This document shows positions 47,934 to 57,711 of a stretch of 59,869 nt of DNA, in pieces; the stretch's first letter is position 1; each line of letters opens with the position of its first letter. The translations under genes and the position numbers were made by a program. The stretch covers positions 1 through 59,869 of the forward strand of contig CAYSGJ010000171.1 of NCBI GenBank assembly GCA_964430705.1. The letters are read 5' to 3'. The DNA comes from an uncultured Desulfobacterales bacterium. GTDB taxonomy: Bacteria > Desulfobacterota > Desulfobacteria > Desulfobacterales > C00003060. The notes beneath the pieces were generated by a model. It had not been told where the DNA came from and did no database searches. It saw only the letters and a program-made list of their open reading frames with translations.

Positions 47934-50197
47934 GCTTCCCCCTTTCCTTGAGGATTTACACGTCCCGAGTTACGAACCCACTGCCTGAACATATTGCCGC
48001 ACCCTTGTGCTTCATCATTCGTAAAGAGTTCCTCAATACTATATTTCATCTTCAGGGACCAATTTGGATATTCATGGGTCGTGCCGGGCAGGTTCTGTTG
48101 ATGGACGTCTTTCAAAAGATCTTCCTGGCTGAGAACGAAAAATGTACACGAGGTCATAGCCAATAGGCCCACTACGGCATTGTGAAGCTCTCCGGTTACG
48201 GCGGAAAGATCGTTTGTTGCCCCTATCTTGCTTTCATGCAATAATCCCAGCTCGCGGCACAACTGCATCAATTTTTCTTTGTCGGCCTTTCTTTCTTTGT
48301 TTACTTCAACGATGGCCTCACCGTTTCTGAATAGTCCGGCTCTTTTCCGAATTTCCATGTCCTCATGGGTCCAAAATCCCACAAACGTAGGAAGGTCATG
48401 GGTGGCGATCGTTACCAAGGCCTGGTCGGGGTAATATTCCGGCCGCAAAAAGTCGCCATGTCGGTCCTTTTCAAAATACAGCAATCTATATGAAAAAATT
48501 CCTCTTTCATTGAGTTTTTCTCGAATATATGGAGGCACCGTACCAAGATCCTCCCCGATAATGACCACTTTGTTTCGCACGCTTTCCAGTGTGAGTATGC
48601 CCATGAGGTCCTCGTAAGGTTGGGACACATAAGCCCCCTTTTCAGCCGATGCCCCCCGGGGAATACAATAGAGACGAAAAAATCTCATCACATGATCAAT
48701 CCGCAACGCCCCTCCAAAGGCACAGTTTTTTCTGATCTCCTTGATAAAAAGATCATAGCTTCGCGTTTTCAGTGTCTCAATGCTTGGTGGCGGAAATCCC
48801 CAGTCTTGGCCTTTCTGGGAGAAGGCATCAGGAGGAGCACCGACATGTACATCAGGGAGAAAATAATCTCGATATGCCCAAAAATCCGCACCATGACGAT
48901 CTATGGCTAAAGCCAGGTCATGGTAGAGTCCGATGACCATTCCACAATCTTCAGCATAGCTCTGAACCGCCGCCAATTGCTTTTCCAACTGCCACTGCAA
49001 ATATTTGTAAAAAAGAACATGCTTCCATTGTTCTTGTTTGAATTGTTGCACCGCATTTGTGTCGGGTCGGTGGTATTCGACAGGCCACTGGGGCCAAGTC
49101 CAAACGGTGGGATCCCTGCGATGCATGGCTGCATCCAAAGCGCAAAAAGTTGCGAAATTATCCAGAAGTTCCCCTTCTTTGGCCAGGTACTCTTCCAATT
49201 CCGCCCCTCGGACTGTTTTGCTGCCCGGCCCCCAGTGAAGATCAAGAAATTTCTCAAAAACGCACTTTAAAATCTTTGTTTTAAAGGCTGCGACCTTTTC
49301 GTATTCTACTGTTTTGGAAGCCCTTAGCCGGCTGAGCAACCGCTGGTTCTCGGCCAATCCAACTATCTGTTGAGCCGCAGGGCAAAGCATATAGTCTTCC
49401 ATGGAAGGCACGTCCAGGTAGACATGGTTGCGATAGAACTTGCTGACTGGAAGATAGGGGCTGGCGTTAAAAGGCGTTCGATTGAAAACGGCATGGAGAG
49501 GATTCAAGCCAATCACGTTTCCCTCAAGGTTTTGCGCTACCCAATCAACGATGTCCTTCAAGTCGCCGAGATCACCGATACCCCAATTTTTTTGGGAACG
49601 TACCCCGTAAAGACTCAAAGAAATCCCGGAGGTGCGCCTCCCCGCCTGCAATCCCGGCGGCATGTAGGCCCGATCCGGACACATGGCAACGACAATGCGC
49701 TGTGATAGGCGCCGATCCGATGCGCCGACCGTGAGTAAGAAAAGATAATAACCCATCTCCTTCAGTATGGGAAACGGCAAGCCCCATTGACAAAAGGTGT
49801 CGCCATAAAGCGCAACCACACCAAGATTTGCCAAATCTTTTTGGCTGTATGAGGCATCAAGAAGCGTCTCCCCCTTTTCGTTTTCAACAACCAGAGAAAC
49901 CGTCATGTCATCCAACCCGGATTGTTGCATCACGGTTGGAATTTGAAAAACCAGATTTTTCGGCACGGCATCAACGCTGACCGCCATAAAAGGCGGGGTC
50001 AGGCGAGAACGCTCAAGGGTCAACACGTCATCCAGCGCGCTTTTGGCCCGTTTTTCGTTTTCTACGGGTACTGCCATGGCGCTTAAAATTTTCTTTTTAA
50101 CGTCCAGGGACGTTGTGTGAGAGCGACCCCAGTTGTCAATATATTCGGGTTCAATGCCGTAAGAAACGGCCAGTTTTTCTATGATCGACTCCGCCAT
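47930..50197 (-). CDS. malQ: 4-alpha-glucanotransferase (GH77)
   Basis: WGIGDLGDL, SPYLP, YHDLA, GAPPD, LRIDH, IGEDLG, THDLP, NLPGT. Confidence 0.93.
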   Translation of the reverse strand: MAESIIEKLAVSYGIEPEYIDNWGRSHTTSLDVKKKILSAMAVPVENEKRAKSALDDVLTLERSRLTPPFMAVSVDAVPKNLVFQIPTVMQQSGLDDMTVSLVVENEKGETLLDASYSQKDLANLGVVALYGDTFCQWGLPFPILKEMGYYLFLLTVGASDRRLSQRIVVAMCPDRAYMPPGLQAGRRTSGISLSLYGVRSQKNWGIGDLGDLKDIVDWVAQNLEGNVIGLNPLHAVFNRTPFNASPYLPVSKFYRNHVYLDVPSMEDYMLCPAAQQIVGLAENQRLLSRLRASKTVEYEKVAAFKTKILKCVFEKFLDLHWGPGSKTVRGAELEEYLAKEGELLDNFATFCALDAAMHRRDPTVWTWPQWPVEYHRPDTNAVQQFKQEQWKHVLFYKYLQWQLEKQLAAVQSYAEDCGMVIGLYHDLALAIDRHGADFWAYRDYFLPDVHVGAPPDAFSQKGQDWGFPPPSIETLKTRSYDLFIKEIRKNCAFGGALRIDHVMRFFRLYCIPRGASAEKGAYVSQPYEDLMGILTLESVRNKVVIIGEDLGTVPPYIREKLNERGIFSYRLLYFEKDRHGDFLRPEYYPDQALVTIATHDLPTFVGFWTHEDMEIRKRAGLFRNGEAIVEVNKERKADKEKLMQLCRELGLLHESKIGATNDLSAVTGELHNAVVGLLAMTSCTFFVLSQEDLLKDVHQQNLPGTTHEYPNWSLKMKYSIEELFTNDEAQGCGNMFRQWVRNSGRVNPQGKGEA

Positions 50198-50459
50198 AAA
50201 TTCACAAACCATCTTCCTGGTGCAGGGGAAAAAACAAACCAAAAATTTACTTTAAACACAATTTTCATTTTTTTAAAAGCGCTGCGTCCATGAACGCACA
50301 CGTTTCGGTCAAAAGTCTCGCCATTTGTTTTCGGCCATGGTATTCATAGCCTGCTTGCACGCACAGACCCAAGTCCACGGTCTTCCGCCATGTCGGGGGA
50401 AGTTCCCTGTTCATCCCCGTTGAAGTTCTGCGGGTGGTCGCTTATTGGAGGACCGAATA

Positions 50460-51035
50460 ATGAAGTTTGAATCGACTGCAATGTTCCCGGAAATAATGCT
50501 CATTGATCCTGATATTCACCAGGATAACAGGGGCCGTTTTTTGGAGGTATACCAGTCCAAACGGTATGCCGACCTTGGCATTACAGACCATTTTGTTCAA
50601 GACAACTTGTCCTATTCCACCAATGGCGTGCTCCGGGGACTGCACTACCAACTGGGAAAACCCCAAGGAAAACTCATCTGGGTGGTTCACGGGGAGGTTT
50701 TCGATGTGGCTGTTGACATTCGACAAGGCTCTCCGACCTTTGGAAAATGGGTCGGCATAACCTTGTCATCGAAGCAATGCAGGCAAATATTTATCCCGCA
50801 GGGGTTCGCTCATGGGTTTTACGTTATTAGCCAATCCGCATCCCTGCTTTATAAGTGCACCGACTACTACGCTCCGCAAGAAGAACGGGGTATTCGATGG
50901 GACGACCCTTCACTGGCCATCCAATGGCCGAAGACGGACCCCATCGTATCAAAAAAAGATCGCGGCCATCCTTTACTCAAAAATATACCAAACAAAGACC
51001 TTCCTGTGTTTCGCGATGTTCGCTCAGGCCGATGA
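50460..51035 (+). CDS. rfbC: dTDP-4-dehydrorhamnose 3,5-epimerase
   Basis: DNRGRF, FVQDNLS, GVLRGLHYQ, DVAVDIR, GFAHGF. Confidence 0.95.
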   Translation: MKFESTAMFPEIMLIDPDIHQDNRGRFLEVYQSKRYADLGITDHFVQDNLSYSTNGVLRGLHYQLGKPQGKLIWVVHGEVFDVAVDIRQGSPTFGKWVGITLSSKQCRQIFIPQGFAHGFYVISQSASLLYKCTDYYAPQEERGIRWDDPSLAIQWPKTDPIVSKKDRGHPLLKNIPNKDLPVFRDVRSGR

Positions 51036-51500
51036 CACCAAGCTTACCACGCATGCAGCGGCTATGGCATCGCCCTTTCCTATCACACCCAACCCCTCAG
51101 TGGTCGTGGCTTTGACATTGACGCAATCCACACCAACCTCAAGAACCGATGCAATATTCGTTTCCATGGATTTTTTGTAGGCAACCATTTTGGGCGCTTC
51201 CGCCATGATAATAGCATCCACATTGCCCACCTTGTAACCCTTTTCCAAAACCATTCGGAAAACCCTTTTCAGCAGCTTCATGCTTGAAATGCCTTGGAAC
51301 CGGTAATCTGTATCCGGGAAATGCAGACCCAAATCTCCAAGACCTGCAGCTCCCAAAAGAGCATCACATAAGGCATGCAAAAGGACATCCGCATCAGAAT
51401 GTCCCAGAAGACCTTTCTCAAAAGGAATGGTTGCCCCGCCAAGCACCAGGGCGCGGCCTTTCACCAGCCTGTGAACATCATAGCCCTGCCCAACGCGCAT
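51024..51500 (-). CDS. ispF: 2-C-methyl-D-erythritol 2,4-cyclodiphosphate synthase
   Basis: MRVGQGYDVH, GHSDADV, NVKATTTEGLG. Confidence 0.96.
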   Translation of the reverse strand: MRVGQGYDVHRLVKGRALVLGGATIPFEKGLLGHSDADVLLHALCDALLGAAGLGDLGLHFPDTDYRFQGISSMKLLKRVFRMVLEKGYKVGNVDAIIMAEAPKMVAYKKSMETNIASVLEVGVDCVNVKATTTEGLGVIGKGDAIAAACVVSLVSSA

Positions 51501-51526
51501 GAATTTGCTTTCCCTCCAACATTTCA

Positions 51527-51805
51527 AAATGCGGTTATCTACAAAGTTCCAGTCAGGGTCTTGGTCGGCCAGTAGACATCAATCCTCCAGCCGGGCAAAA
51601 CCCGCCGTGAAGGCCGCGTAAGGCCGGCCTTTGAATGGGCATAATACAGAAAGTCTATTTATACAGGCTTTTAGGGGGTGTCGACTTGACCGAGTTACGG
51701 CCGCTCAAACGCGGTCTAAACGGCTCAAACAGTTGCCCGGCTTTTGTCTCGATCTCCACTGGACTTGTTGTACCATGAACTTGCGTATTCTGGATAACCG
51801 CATTT
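51527..51805. mobile_element. Non-coding foldback/MITE-like element with 13-bp terminal inverted repeats
   Basis: aaatgcggttatc (51527-51539) / gataaccgcattt (51793-51805); nested internal complementarity; left arm aligns without gaps to 59743-59836. Confidence 0.75.
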
Positions 51806-51906
51806 AACAATATGGAACTTTAGATGCGTTGAAAGACGAAAGCCTTGTCTTTTGCCTCAGGGTGACATAGATAACAACCATATAATTAAACCATGGGAGG
51901 TTGCAG

Positions 51907-52122
51907 ATGGCAAAAAAGTCAGGTCCAACGCCTCGCAAACGTCTAAAGGAAATCAAGCTGATGGACAAGCGAAAAGCCAAAGAGGCCAGGCGGATAGAGG
52001 CTAAAGAACGCAGGGGCGAAGCAAGAGTGAAAAATAATGACGAAGATCCGGATATTGCAGGGATACGGCCTGGGCCTCAGCCTCTGCCGGAGCAGTGGAA
52101 CGATCTGGGCGGTGAGGAATAA
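51907..52122 (+). CDS. Small basic hypothetical protein with EDPDIAGIRPGPQP tail
   Basis: GGGAGG RBS; Lys/Arg-rich helix followed by acidic/Pro motif. Confidence 0.7.
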   Translation: MAKKSGPTPRKRLKEIKLMDKRKAKEARRIEAKERRGEARVKNNDEDPDIAGIRPGPQPLPEQWNDLGGEE

Positions 52123-52150
52123 ACGGCAGCTTTACTAAAGGAGAATTTCC

Positions 52151-52510
52151 ATGAATATTTACGTAGGCAATCTGTCATTCGATGTTACCGAACAGGATCT
52201 GCAGGAGGCTTTCGAAGCCTTCGGAGAAGTCGCGTCCGTAAAAATCATTAAAGACAAGTATAGTGGCCAATCAAAAGGGTTCGGGTTTGTGGAGATGCCC
52301 AAAAAGGCAGATGGGGAATCCGCCATAAACAGCCTAAAGGAAAAAGAGTTGAAGGGACGAAAGCTTAACGTCAACGAGGCCCGCCCCCGTTCCGGCGGCG
52401 GTCGTCAAGGTGGAAGAGGCCAAGGTGGTGGAAGGGGCCAAGGTGGCGGAAGACGGGGCGGAAAAGGACAAGGTGGCGGAGGCTGGGATGGAGGTAGGCG
52501 TTCTTGGTAG
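52151..52510 (+). CDS. RRM RNA-binding protein with Gly/Arg-rich tail
   Basis: RNP2 IYVGNL, RNP1 KGFGFVEM, LNVNEARPR, GGRGQG repeats. Confidence 0.95.
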   Translation: MNIYVGNLSFDVTEQDLQEAFEAFGEVASVKIIKDKYSGQSKGFGFVEMPKKADGESAINSLKEKELKGRKLNVNEARPRSGGGRQGGRGQGGGRGQGGGRRGGKGQGGGGWDGGRRSW

Positions 52511-52598
52511 GCGGTTTTTGGATATCCGGACATTGGCGCTCGCTTAGCAAAATCTGTGACAGGTACGGCTTTATTCTTCACAAATAAAGGACAAGACC

Positions 52599-53003
52599 AT
52601 GTCGAAATATTGGATAGATGATACGGACGGAACGAAACTTTTGTCCAAGTATGTCGTTAATGACAAACATTACGGGATGTGGGCGATACAGATTCAGGAC
52701 AGTAAACACGAATTCCACGTGGTTACAAAGAAAGGCCATGTGCTTGGGTCAAAACTGTGCACACTTAAAGGGCCGGTGTATTCTTTGTTTGACGGGGATA
52801 CCGTGGAGCTTGTTCATGTTGCGCCTCACCTTGTTTTCGATGATTTTTATGAGCTTGATGCCTGGAACAAAGGCAATCCTAAAATGACCGGCGGGAGAAG
52901 TGTTGAACTCAAAGAGTTTCGACTTTTCATGTTGGAATACATGAAAAACAAGGGAGATGTTTACTGTTGCAGTGCAAAAAAAGCCGAAAGCCGAAAGTGG
53001 TGA
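52599..53003 (+). CDS. Hypothetical protein
   Basis: AAGGA RBS, co-oriented 134-aa ORF; no family recognised. Confidence 0.65.
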   Translation: MSKYWIDDTDGTKLLSKYVVNDKHYGMWAIQIQDSKHEFHVVTKKGHVLGSKLCTLKGPVYSLFDGDTVELVHVAPHLVFDDFYELDAWNKGNPKMTGGRSVELKEFRLFMLEYMKNKGDVYCCSAKKAESRKW

Positions 53004-53088
53004 TACATGGCATGCAGGACTGAAATAGTCTGAATCGGGATGACTCGAATACAATGGATCTGAGCAGTTTAGACTAAGGAGAAAAAAT

Positions 53089-53361
53089 ATGAAAAAAGAC
53101 GATTTGGCGATGTTTGTTGCAGAGCGGGCGGCTGTTAGTCAAAAGGCTGCCGGGGAAATAATTAATGCCGTTCTGGAGGGTATTTCTTCCGCTTTAGAAA
53201 AGGGAGATTCTGTTTCACTGACGGGTTTTGGGGGTTTCAAAGTTGTTGAAAGATCCGCCCGGGAAGGTCGAAATCCAAGAACAGGGGAAAAGCTTCACAT
53301 ATCGGCTTCCAAGGCCGTCAAATTTACTGCAGGAAAAGCTTTAAAAGAACGAGTTCAGTAA
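53089..53361 (+). CDS. HU family DNA-binding protein
   Basis: GFGGF, REGRNPRTGE, FTAGKALK. Confidence 0.93.
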   Translation: MKKDDLAMFVAERAAVSQKAAGEIINAVLEGISSALEKGDSVSLTGFGGFKVVERSAREGRNPRTGEKLHISASKAVKFTAGKALKERVQ

Positions 53362-53397
53362 ATCGACCACCAGAGGTCCAAGGTATGGAGGTTTCGG

Positions 53398-53679
53398 ATG
53401 CAAGGTAAAAAACTATTCGTGGGAAATCTCAGTCACTGTGTGAGTGTCACTGAAGAGACCGAGCAGTTGAAGGAGCTGTTTTCCCGTTACGGTGAGATTG
53501 AGGGAGTCAATATAGTCAAGGGAAAACGCTATGGTTTTGTAGCCATGTCTAACCGATCTGAGGCGGAAAAAGCAAAAAAAGAATTGAATGAATATGAATT
53601 CAACGGATGTAACCTTAGAGTGAATGAAGTGCGTTCCTCAAGAGAAAGACAGGGGTATGGTCCGCGAAGAAGAAGTTAA
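53398..53679 (+). CDS. RRM RNA-binding protein
   Basis: LFVGNL, KRYGFVAM, LRVNE. Confidence 0.88.
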   Translation: MQGKKLFVGNLSHCVSVTEETEQLKELFSRYGEIEGVNIVKGKRYGFVAMSNRSEAEKAKKELNEYEFNGCNLRVNEVRSSRERQGYGPRRRS

Positions 53680-53795
53680 AAGGTTGCACTTTAACAGTAG
53701 AACTCGAAAAGGGTTGTTATCGGCCGGCCGGATCTGCTCCAAGCGTTGCCGGAAACGGCACTTTGGGCAACTGACAAGATAACAAAGGAAAACAC

Positions 53796-55274
53796 ATGAA
53801 TATTTTGTTAATTTATCCGGAATTCCCTGATACGTTCTGGAGTTTCAAGCATGCACTCAAGTTCATACGAAAAAAGGCTGCGTTGCCTCCACTCGGTTTG
53901 CTGACACTCGCATCGATGCTGCCCAAACAATGGTCCAAACGCCTGGTTGATGTCAATGTGCAAAGGCTCACTGAAAAAGATCTGGCATGGGCGGATTGCG
54001 CGTTTATCAGTGCTATGGTTGTGCAAAGAGATGCGGCACGTAAAACCATTGCAGAGTGTAAGGCGGCAGGCCTGAAGGTCATTGCCGGCGGCCCACTTTT
54101 TACGTCTGAAAACGCAAATTTTGACGATGTTGATCATTTTGTCTTAAACGAAGCCGAAATTACCCTTCCTCTTTTTCTGGCGGATCTGGAAAAGGGATGC
54201 CCCAGGCATGTTTACGAAACAAATGGTTTTTGCGATATTAGGCAAACGCCGGCACCTATGTGGGAATTGGCCGATTTGAAAAGGTATGCTTCCATGAGTA
54301 TCCAATTTTCCCGGGGCTGTCCATTTAATTGTGAGTTTTGCAATGTGACGGCCTTGTTTGGGCATCGTACACGTATCAAGACGGCGGAACAGATTATTGT
54401 TGAATTGGATGGTCTCTACAATCTTGGATGGCGCGGGCAGATCTTCTTCGTGGATGACAACTTTATTGGGAATAAAAAATACCTGAAAGCCCGTCTGCTG
54501 CCGGCCCTTATCGCATGGCAGAAAGACAAGAAAGGGGTTCCGTTTTTTACGGAAGCTTCGGTCAATCTGGCCGACGATGAACGCTTAATGGAGATGATGG
54601 CCCAGGCTGGTTTTGATTCGGTCTTTATCGGTATTGAAACGCCGGACAAGAAATGCCTTGCGGAGTGCAACAAGAGACAGAATGGAAACCGCGACTTAAT
54701 CGAGAGTGTAAAACGAATTCAGCGCTACGGCTTACAGGTACAGGGTGGTTTCATCGTCGGCTTTGACAGTGACACCCAATCAATCTTTCAGCGGCAAATT
54801 GATTTTATACAAAACAGCGGCATCGTAACGGCGATGGTGGGTATTCTTCAGGCGCCTGCCGGCACAAGACTCTATGAGCGTTTAAAACAAGAAGGCCGTT
54901 TGCTCGGTGATATGTCCGGAGATAACGTAGACGGCACAACCAACATTATGCCCAGAATGGACCTCGAGATGTTGCACAGCGGATACAGGAATATTATGCG
55001 TCATATCTATTCCCCTAGGCACTATTATTCACGCGTCAAAATTTTCCTGCGTGAATACAAGGCGCCAAAGGTTGAAGTCTCTATGGACTTTCAGCGGTGC
55101 ATGGCATTTTTTCGTTCCAATATTCGCTTGGGTGTTCTCGGTAAAGGGCGATTCCAATATTGGAACCTTCTATTGTGGACTCTTTTTCGTCGTCCGGACT
55201 TGTTCCCCCTGGCCGTTACGTTCGCCATATACGGCCACCATTTCCGGAAAATCTGTGAACAAAACATTTTCTAA
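53796..55274 (+). CDS. Cobalamin-binding radical SAM protein (DUF4070 / HpnP-like family)
   Basis: FPDTFWSF, PPLGLLT, SRGCPFNCEFC, FVDDNFIG, GGFIVGFD. Confidence 0.88.
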   Translation: MNILLIYPEFPDTFWSFKHALKFIRKKAALPPLGLLTLASMLPKQWSKRLVDVNVQRLTEKDLAWADCAFISAMVVQRDAARKTIAECKAAGLKVIAGGPLFTSENANFDDVDHFVLNEAEITLPLFLADLEKGCPRHVYETNGFCDIRQTPAPMWELADLKRYASMSIQFSRGCPFNCEFCNVTALFGHRTRIKTAEQIIVELDGLYNLGWRGQIFFVDDNFIGNKKYLKARLLPALIAWQKDKKGVPFFTEASVNLADDERLMEMMAQAGFDSVFIGIETPDKKCLAECNKRQNGNRDLIESVKRIQRYGLQVQGGFIVGFDSDTQSIFQRQIDFIQNSGIVTAMVGILQAPAGTRLYERLKQEGRLLGDMSGDNVDGTTNIMPRMDLEMLHSGYRNIMRHIYSPRHYYSRVKIFLREYKAPKVEVSMDFQRCMAFFRSNIRLGVLGKGRFQYWNLLLWTLFRRPDLFPLAVTFAIYGHHFRKICEQNIF

Positions 55275-55348
55275 GAAGCCTGTGACGGTTTAGCGCTTTA
55301 AAACACTAAGGTCGCCTCTCAATATTTAAGATGCGGCCCCAATCCCCC

Positions 55349-57310
55349 TTAATGAAAATGGCCGAGAATCTTTACCGGCCCCGCTGCCGCCCGGATCTCG
55401 TTGTAGATTACCCCGGGATCATGTTCGTAACGTTTTGAAAAATGAAAGGGCGCAAATCGCTCCACCCCTGCTGTGCGGGCGATTTCAGCCGCAGCCAGTG
55501 TCGTGAGATGCTGGGTGGCGTCGGCTTTCTGCTTATCGGCGATTGTGAATGCGCTTTCGCAGAAGAAGGTGTGTGCCGATCGGGCCAAGTTGATCAGCTT
55601 TTTTCGGTTTTCCGGAGTGTCGGCCATGTCGGCGGCATAAACGATCTTTTTGCCCGGACGAATGATGGTCAATGCGTCCGCCAGTTCTGCCGCGCTTCGC
55701 ACAGCACCGTTAGGCAGTTTGATTTCAGCTTCCGGGTTTTCAGTGGCGATGCACTGTTTCAATCGGCCCAGCCAGGCACCGGGAGGCAACCCGTAAGATG
55801 CCAGTCGTTCCTTTCTAACGTTGATTTCCCACCGGAAATCGAGGGCATAGGCCACCGAAGGGATATTGTGGTCGCAAACAACGGCCTTAATGTCGAAGCC
55901 GGCTTCCGCCAGAATGATGCCGTCTGGGATGGGCAGGTCCGGCAACGCCGCCCTTTGTCGGCCCGGCTGCAGTCTGGCGCGTTTTAGCGAGGCGCCATCG
56001 AATTCGCATACTTCGAAAAGCGGTCCTTTGTCTCGGATTCGGTCCCAGGTGACGGCACCCAAGAAGTTCTCGATCCGAGTAATCGTGTCTGCGGGACCGA
56101 AAATCTTGCAGGGCTTGAGAGTCCCGATTCGTGCCCGGAGGAACCACATGAGGCCGCCGATGTGGTCAATGTGGGCATGGCTTAAAAATACGGCGCTTAC
56201 CTGATGGGCGACTTTGACGGCCAAGTATGCGGGATCGCCGAGGTCGAAAAAAAAGCTCTGTTTCAGGTTGCGCAGCCTGATGTGCAGAAGTGGATCACCC
56301 AGTATGCCTCCAACCAGCGTGGCCCACACAGGTCCCACACGAATGGACAACGGGGTTTGCCCGGCATTCGGGGCGATTGTCGGAGGCCTCATCTTCCCGG
56401 GTTCACGGCGGGTGACGGATGTTTTGCCGGCGTGAGCGATCGTTTTGAGGTTGCCCCCGGCGTTTCGGCCCGCATCCCGGATCAGTATGCCGACCGGCGC
56501 CACCGTTTTGCCGGGCGGCATGCGCACCGTCAATCGTCCGTCCGTCAGCCGTATTACTTCTCCCATCCGCACCGTATCACCCCTCGCGCTCAGCAGCGCC
56601 ACCTGCCTGTCCGCCCATACTTCAGGCACCTCCCGGGGGGGAGGGGTCCCTAAAACATGCATACGATCGAGCATGAACGTCTCTTCCAGACTGTCGGCTA
56701 AAAAACGATCCCACATATTCGTTCGGTGCTTAAGCCTTTCCAAGCTGGAAGGCCGTTTGGCTTCAGGGGAGGCCGGAATATAAATAATCTCCACGGGTAG
56801 CGAGGCCAGTTCCTCTGTGAGTGTAAGCGGCGCTTCTTGCCGATAGAGGGCGACGACCGCGCTGACATTAAGAGACTCTGCAAGAGCGAGAAGGAGTTCG
56901 GCGCCGCCCACGCCCCTGACCACGCCGGGCGGATCGATCACGATATGGCCGCCTTCGTTTACCGCTTCAGCAACCCCAAGCAAGCGCCGGGCTGCGACAA
57001 CAAGTGGAAGTCGAAAGCGCCCTGCATTTAAGGTACACAAGGCTTGACAGTCATCCCATTTCAACCTGTCGCCACTCCACCAGCCACGACTGATCGATCC
57101 GGGAATGCCGAAGGGAGGGGTTCCGGGATCGAGGGACAGGATCTGGCAATGAGAGGGCCTCCGGCTCAACGATCGCACCAGCTCAAGGGCCGTTGTCGAT
57201 TTTCCCACACCCATATCCCCCCAAAAGAGGATCCGACGGTGGCCTTCCAATCGGAGTCCTAAATCATCAACTCCGGTGCCTTCAAAAAATATGGCGTTGT
57301 CAAGCGACAT
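55349..57310 (-). CDS. Fusion of Clp1-like polynucleotide 5'-kinase and RNase Z-like metallo-beta-lactamase
   Basis: N-half GDMGVGKST, LDPG...FGIPG, IDPPG, RxxxR; C-half GDP...FFDLGD, SHAHIDH, CDH, AAD, QHLT, FHFSKRY; GGAGG RBS before ATG 57310. Confidence 0.8.
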   Translation of the reverse strand: MSLDNAIFFEGTGVDDLGLRLEGHRRILFWGDMGVGKSTTALELVRSLSRRPSHCQILSLDPGTPPFGIPGSISRGWWSGDRLKWDDCQALCTLNAGRFRLPLVVAARRLLGVAEAVNEGGHIVIDPPGVVRGVGGAELLLALAESLNVSAVVALYRQEAPLTLTEELASLPVEIIYIPASPEAKRPSSLERLKHRTNMWDRFLADSLEETFMLDRMHVLGTPPPREVPEVWADRQVALLSARGDTVRMGEVIRLTDGRLTVRMPPGKTVAPVGILIRDAGRNAGGNLKTIAHAGKTSVTRREPGKMRPPTIAPNAGQTPLSIRVGPVWATLVGGILGDPLLHIRLRNLKQSFFFDLGDPAYLAVKVAHQVSAVFLSHAHIDHIGGLMWFLRARIGTLKPCKIFGPADTITRIENFLGAVTWDRIRDKGPLFEVCEFDGASLKRARLQPGRQRAALPDLPIPDGIILAEAGFDIKAVVCDHNIPSVAYALDFRWEINVRKERLASYGLPPGAWLGRLKQCIATENPEAEIKLPNGAVRSAAELADALTIIRPGKKIVYAADMADTPENRKKLINLARSAHTFFCESAFTIADKQKADATQHLTTLAAAEIARTAGVERFAPFHFSKRYEHDPGVIYNEIRAAAGPVKILGHFH

Positions 57311-57711
57311 GTGTTTTTCCTCCACTGTTTCGCATGATGCTTGATATACCTATTGCCACCGACGGTGCGGACCCAGCACAAAACGGGCATGTATGGTATG
57401 TTAGTGCGGAATCGGCTCCCATCGACCGGCACAAACCTATAAACTGTACTACTGGAGTGTCTTTTAGCAGTTTGTGAAGGGGACGGGAAGACCGACGGCA
57501 AGGAATCTGGTAATCTTGCCTCAAAACTACATGCCTGTTGTTCACGAAATACAGTGTTCACCCTATTGATAAGGTCTTTTTTTCTTGATTGCTTGTGGTA
57601 CTGTAGAGAGGGTTCCTGAAATGTGAACGACAGGCCAAAACTTACCGTAACCATCTTCATGTCCGGCGGCAACTCGTTTTTATCGATGGAATTTCAAAGG
57701 GGGAAAATACC

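Noticed and set aside
50243-50450. Possible structured RNA between malQ and rfbC
   Set aside because: Only short stems, no recognisable family consensus
57259-57672. 137-aa minus-strand ORF upstream of the Clp1-RNase Z fusion
   Set aside because: No recognisable motif; occupies the divergent promoter region and overlaps the fusion start out of frame
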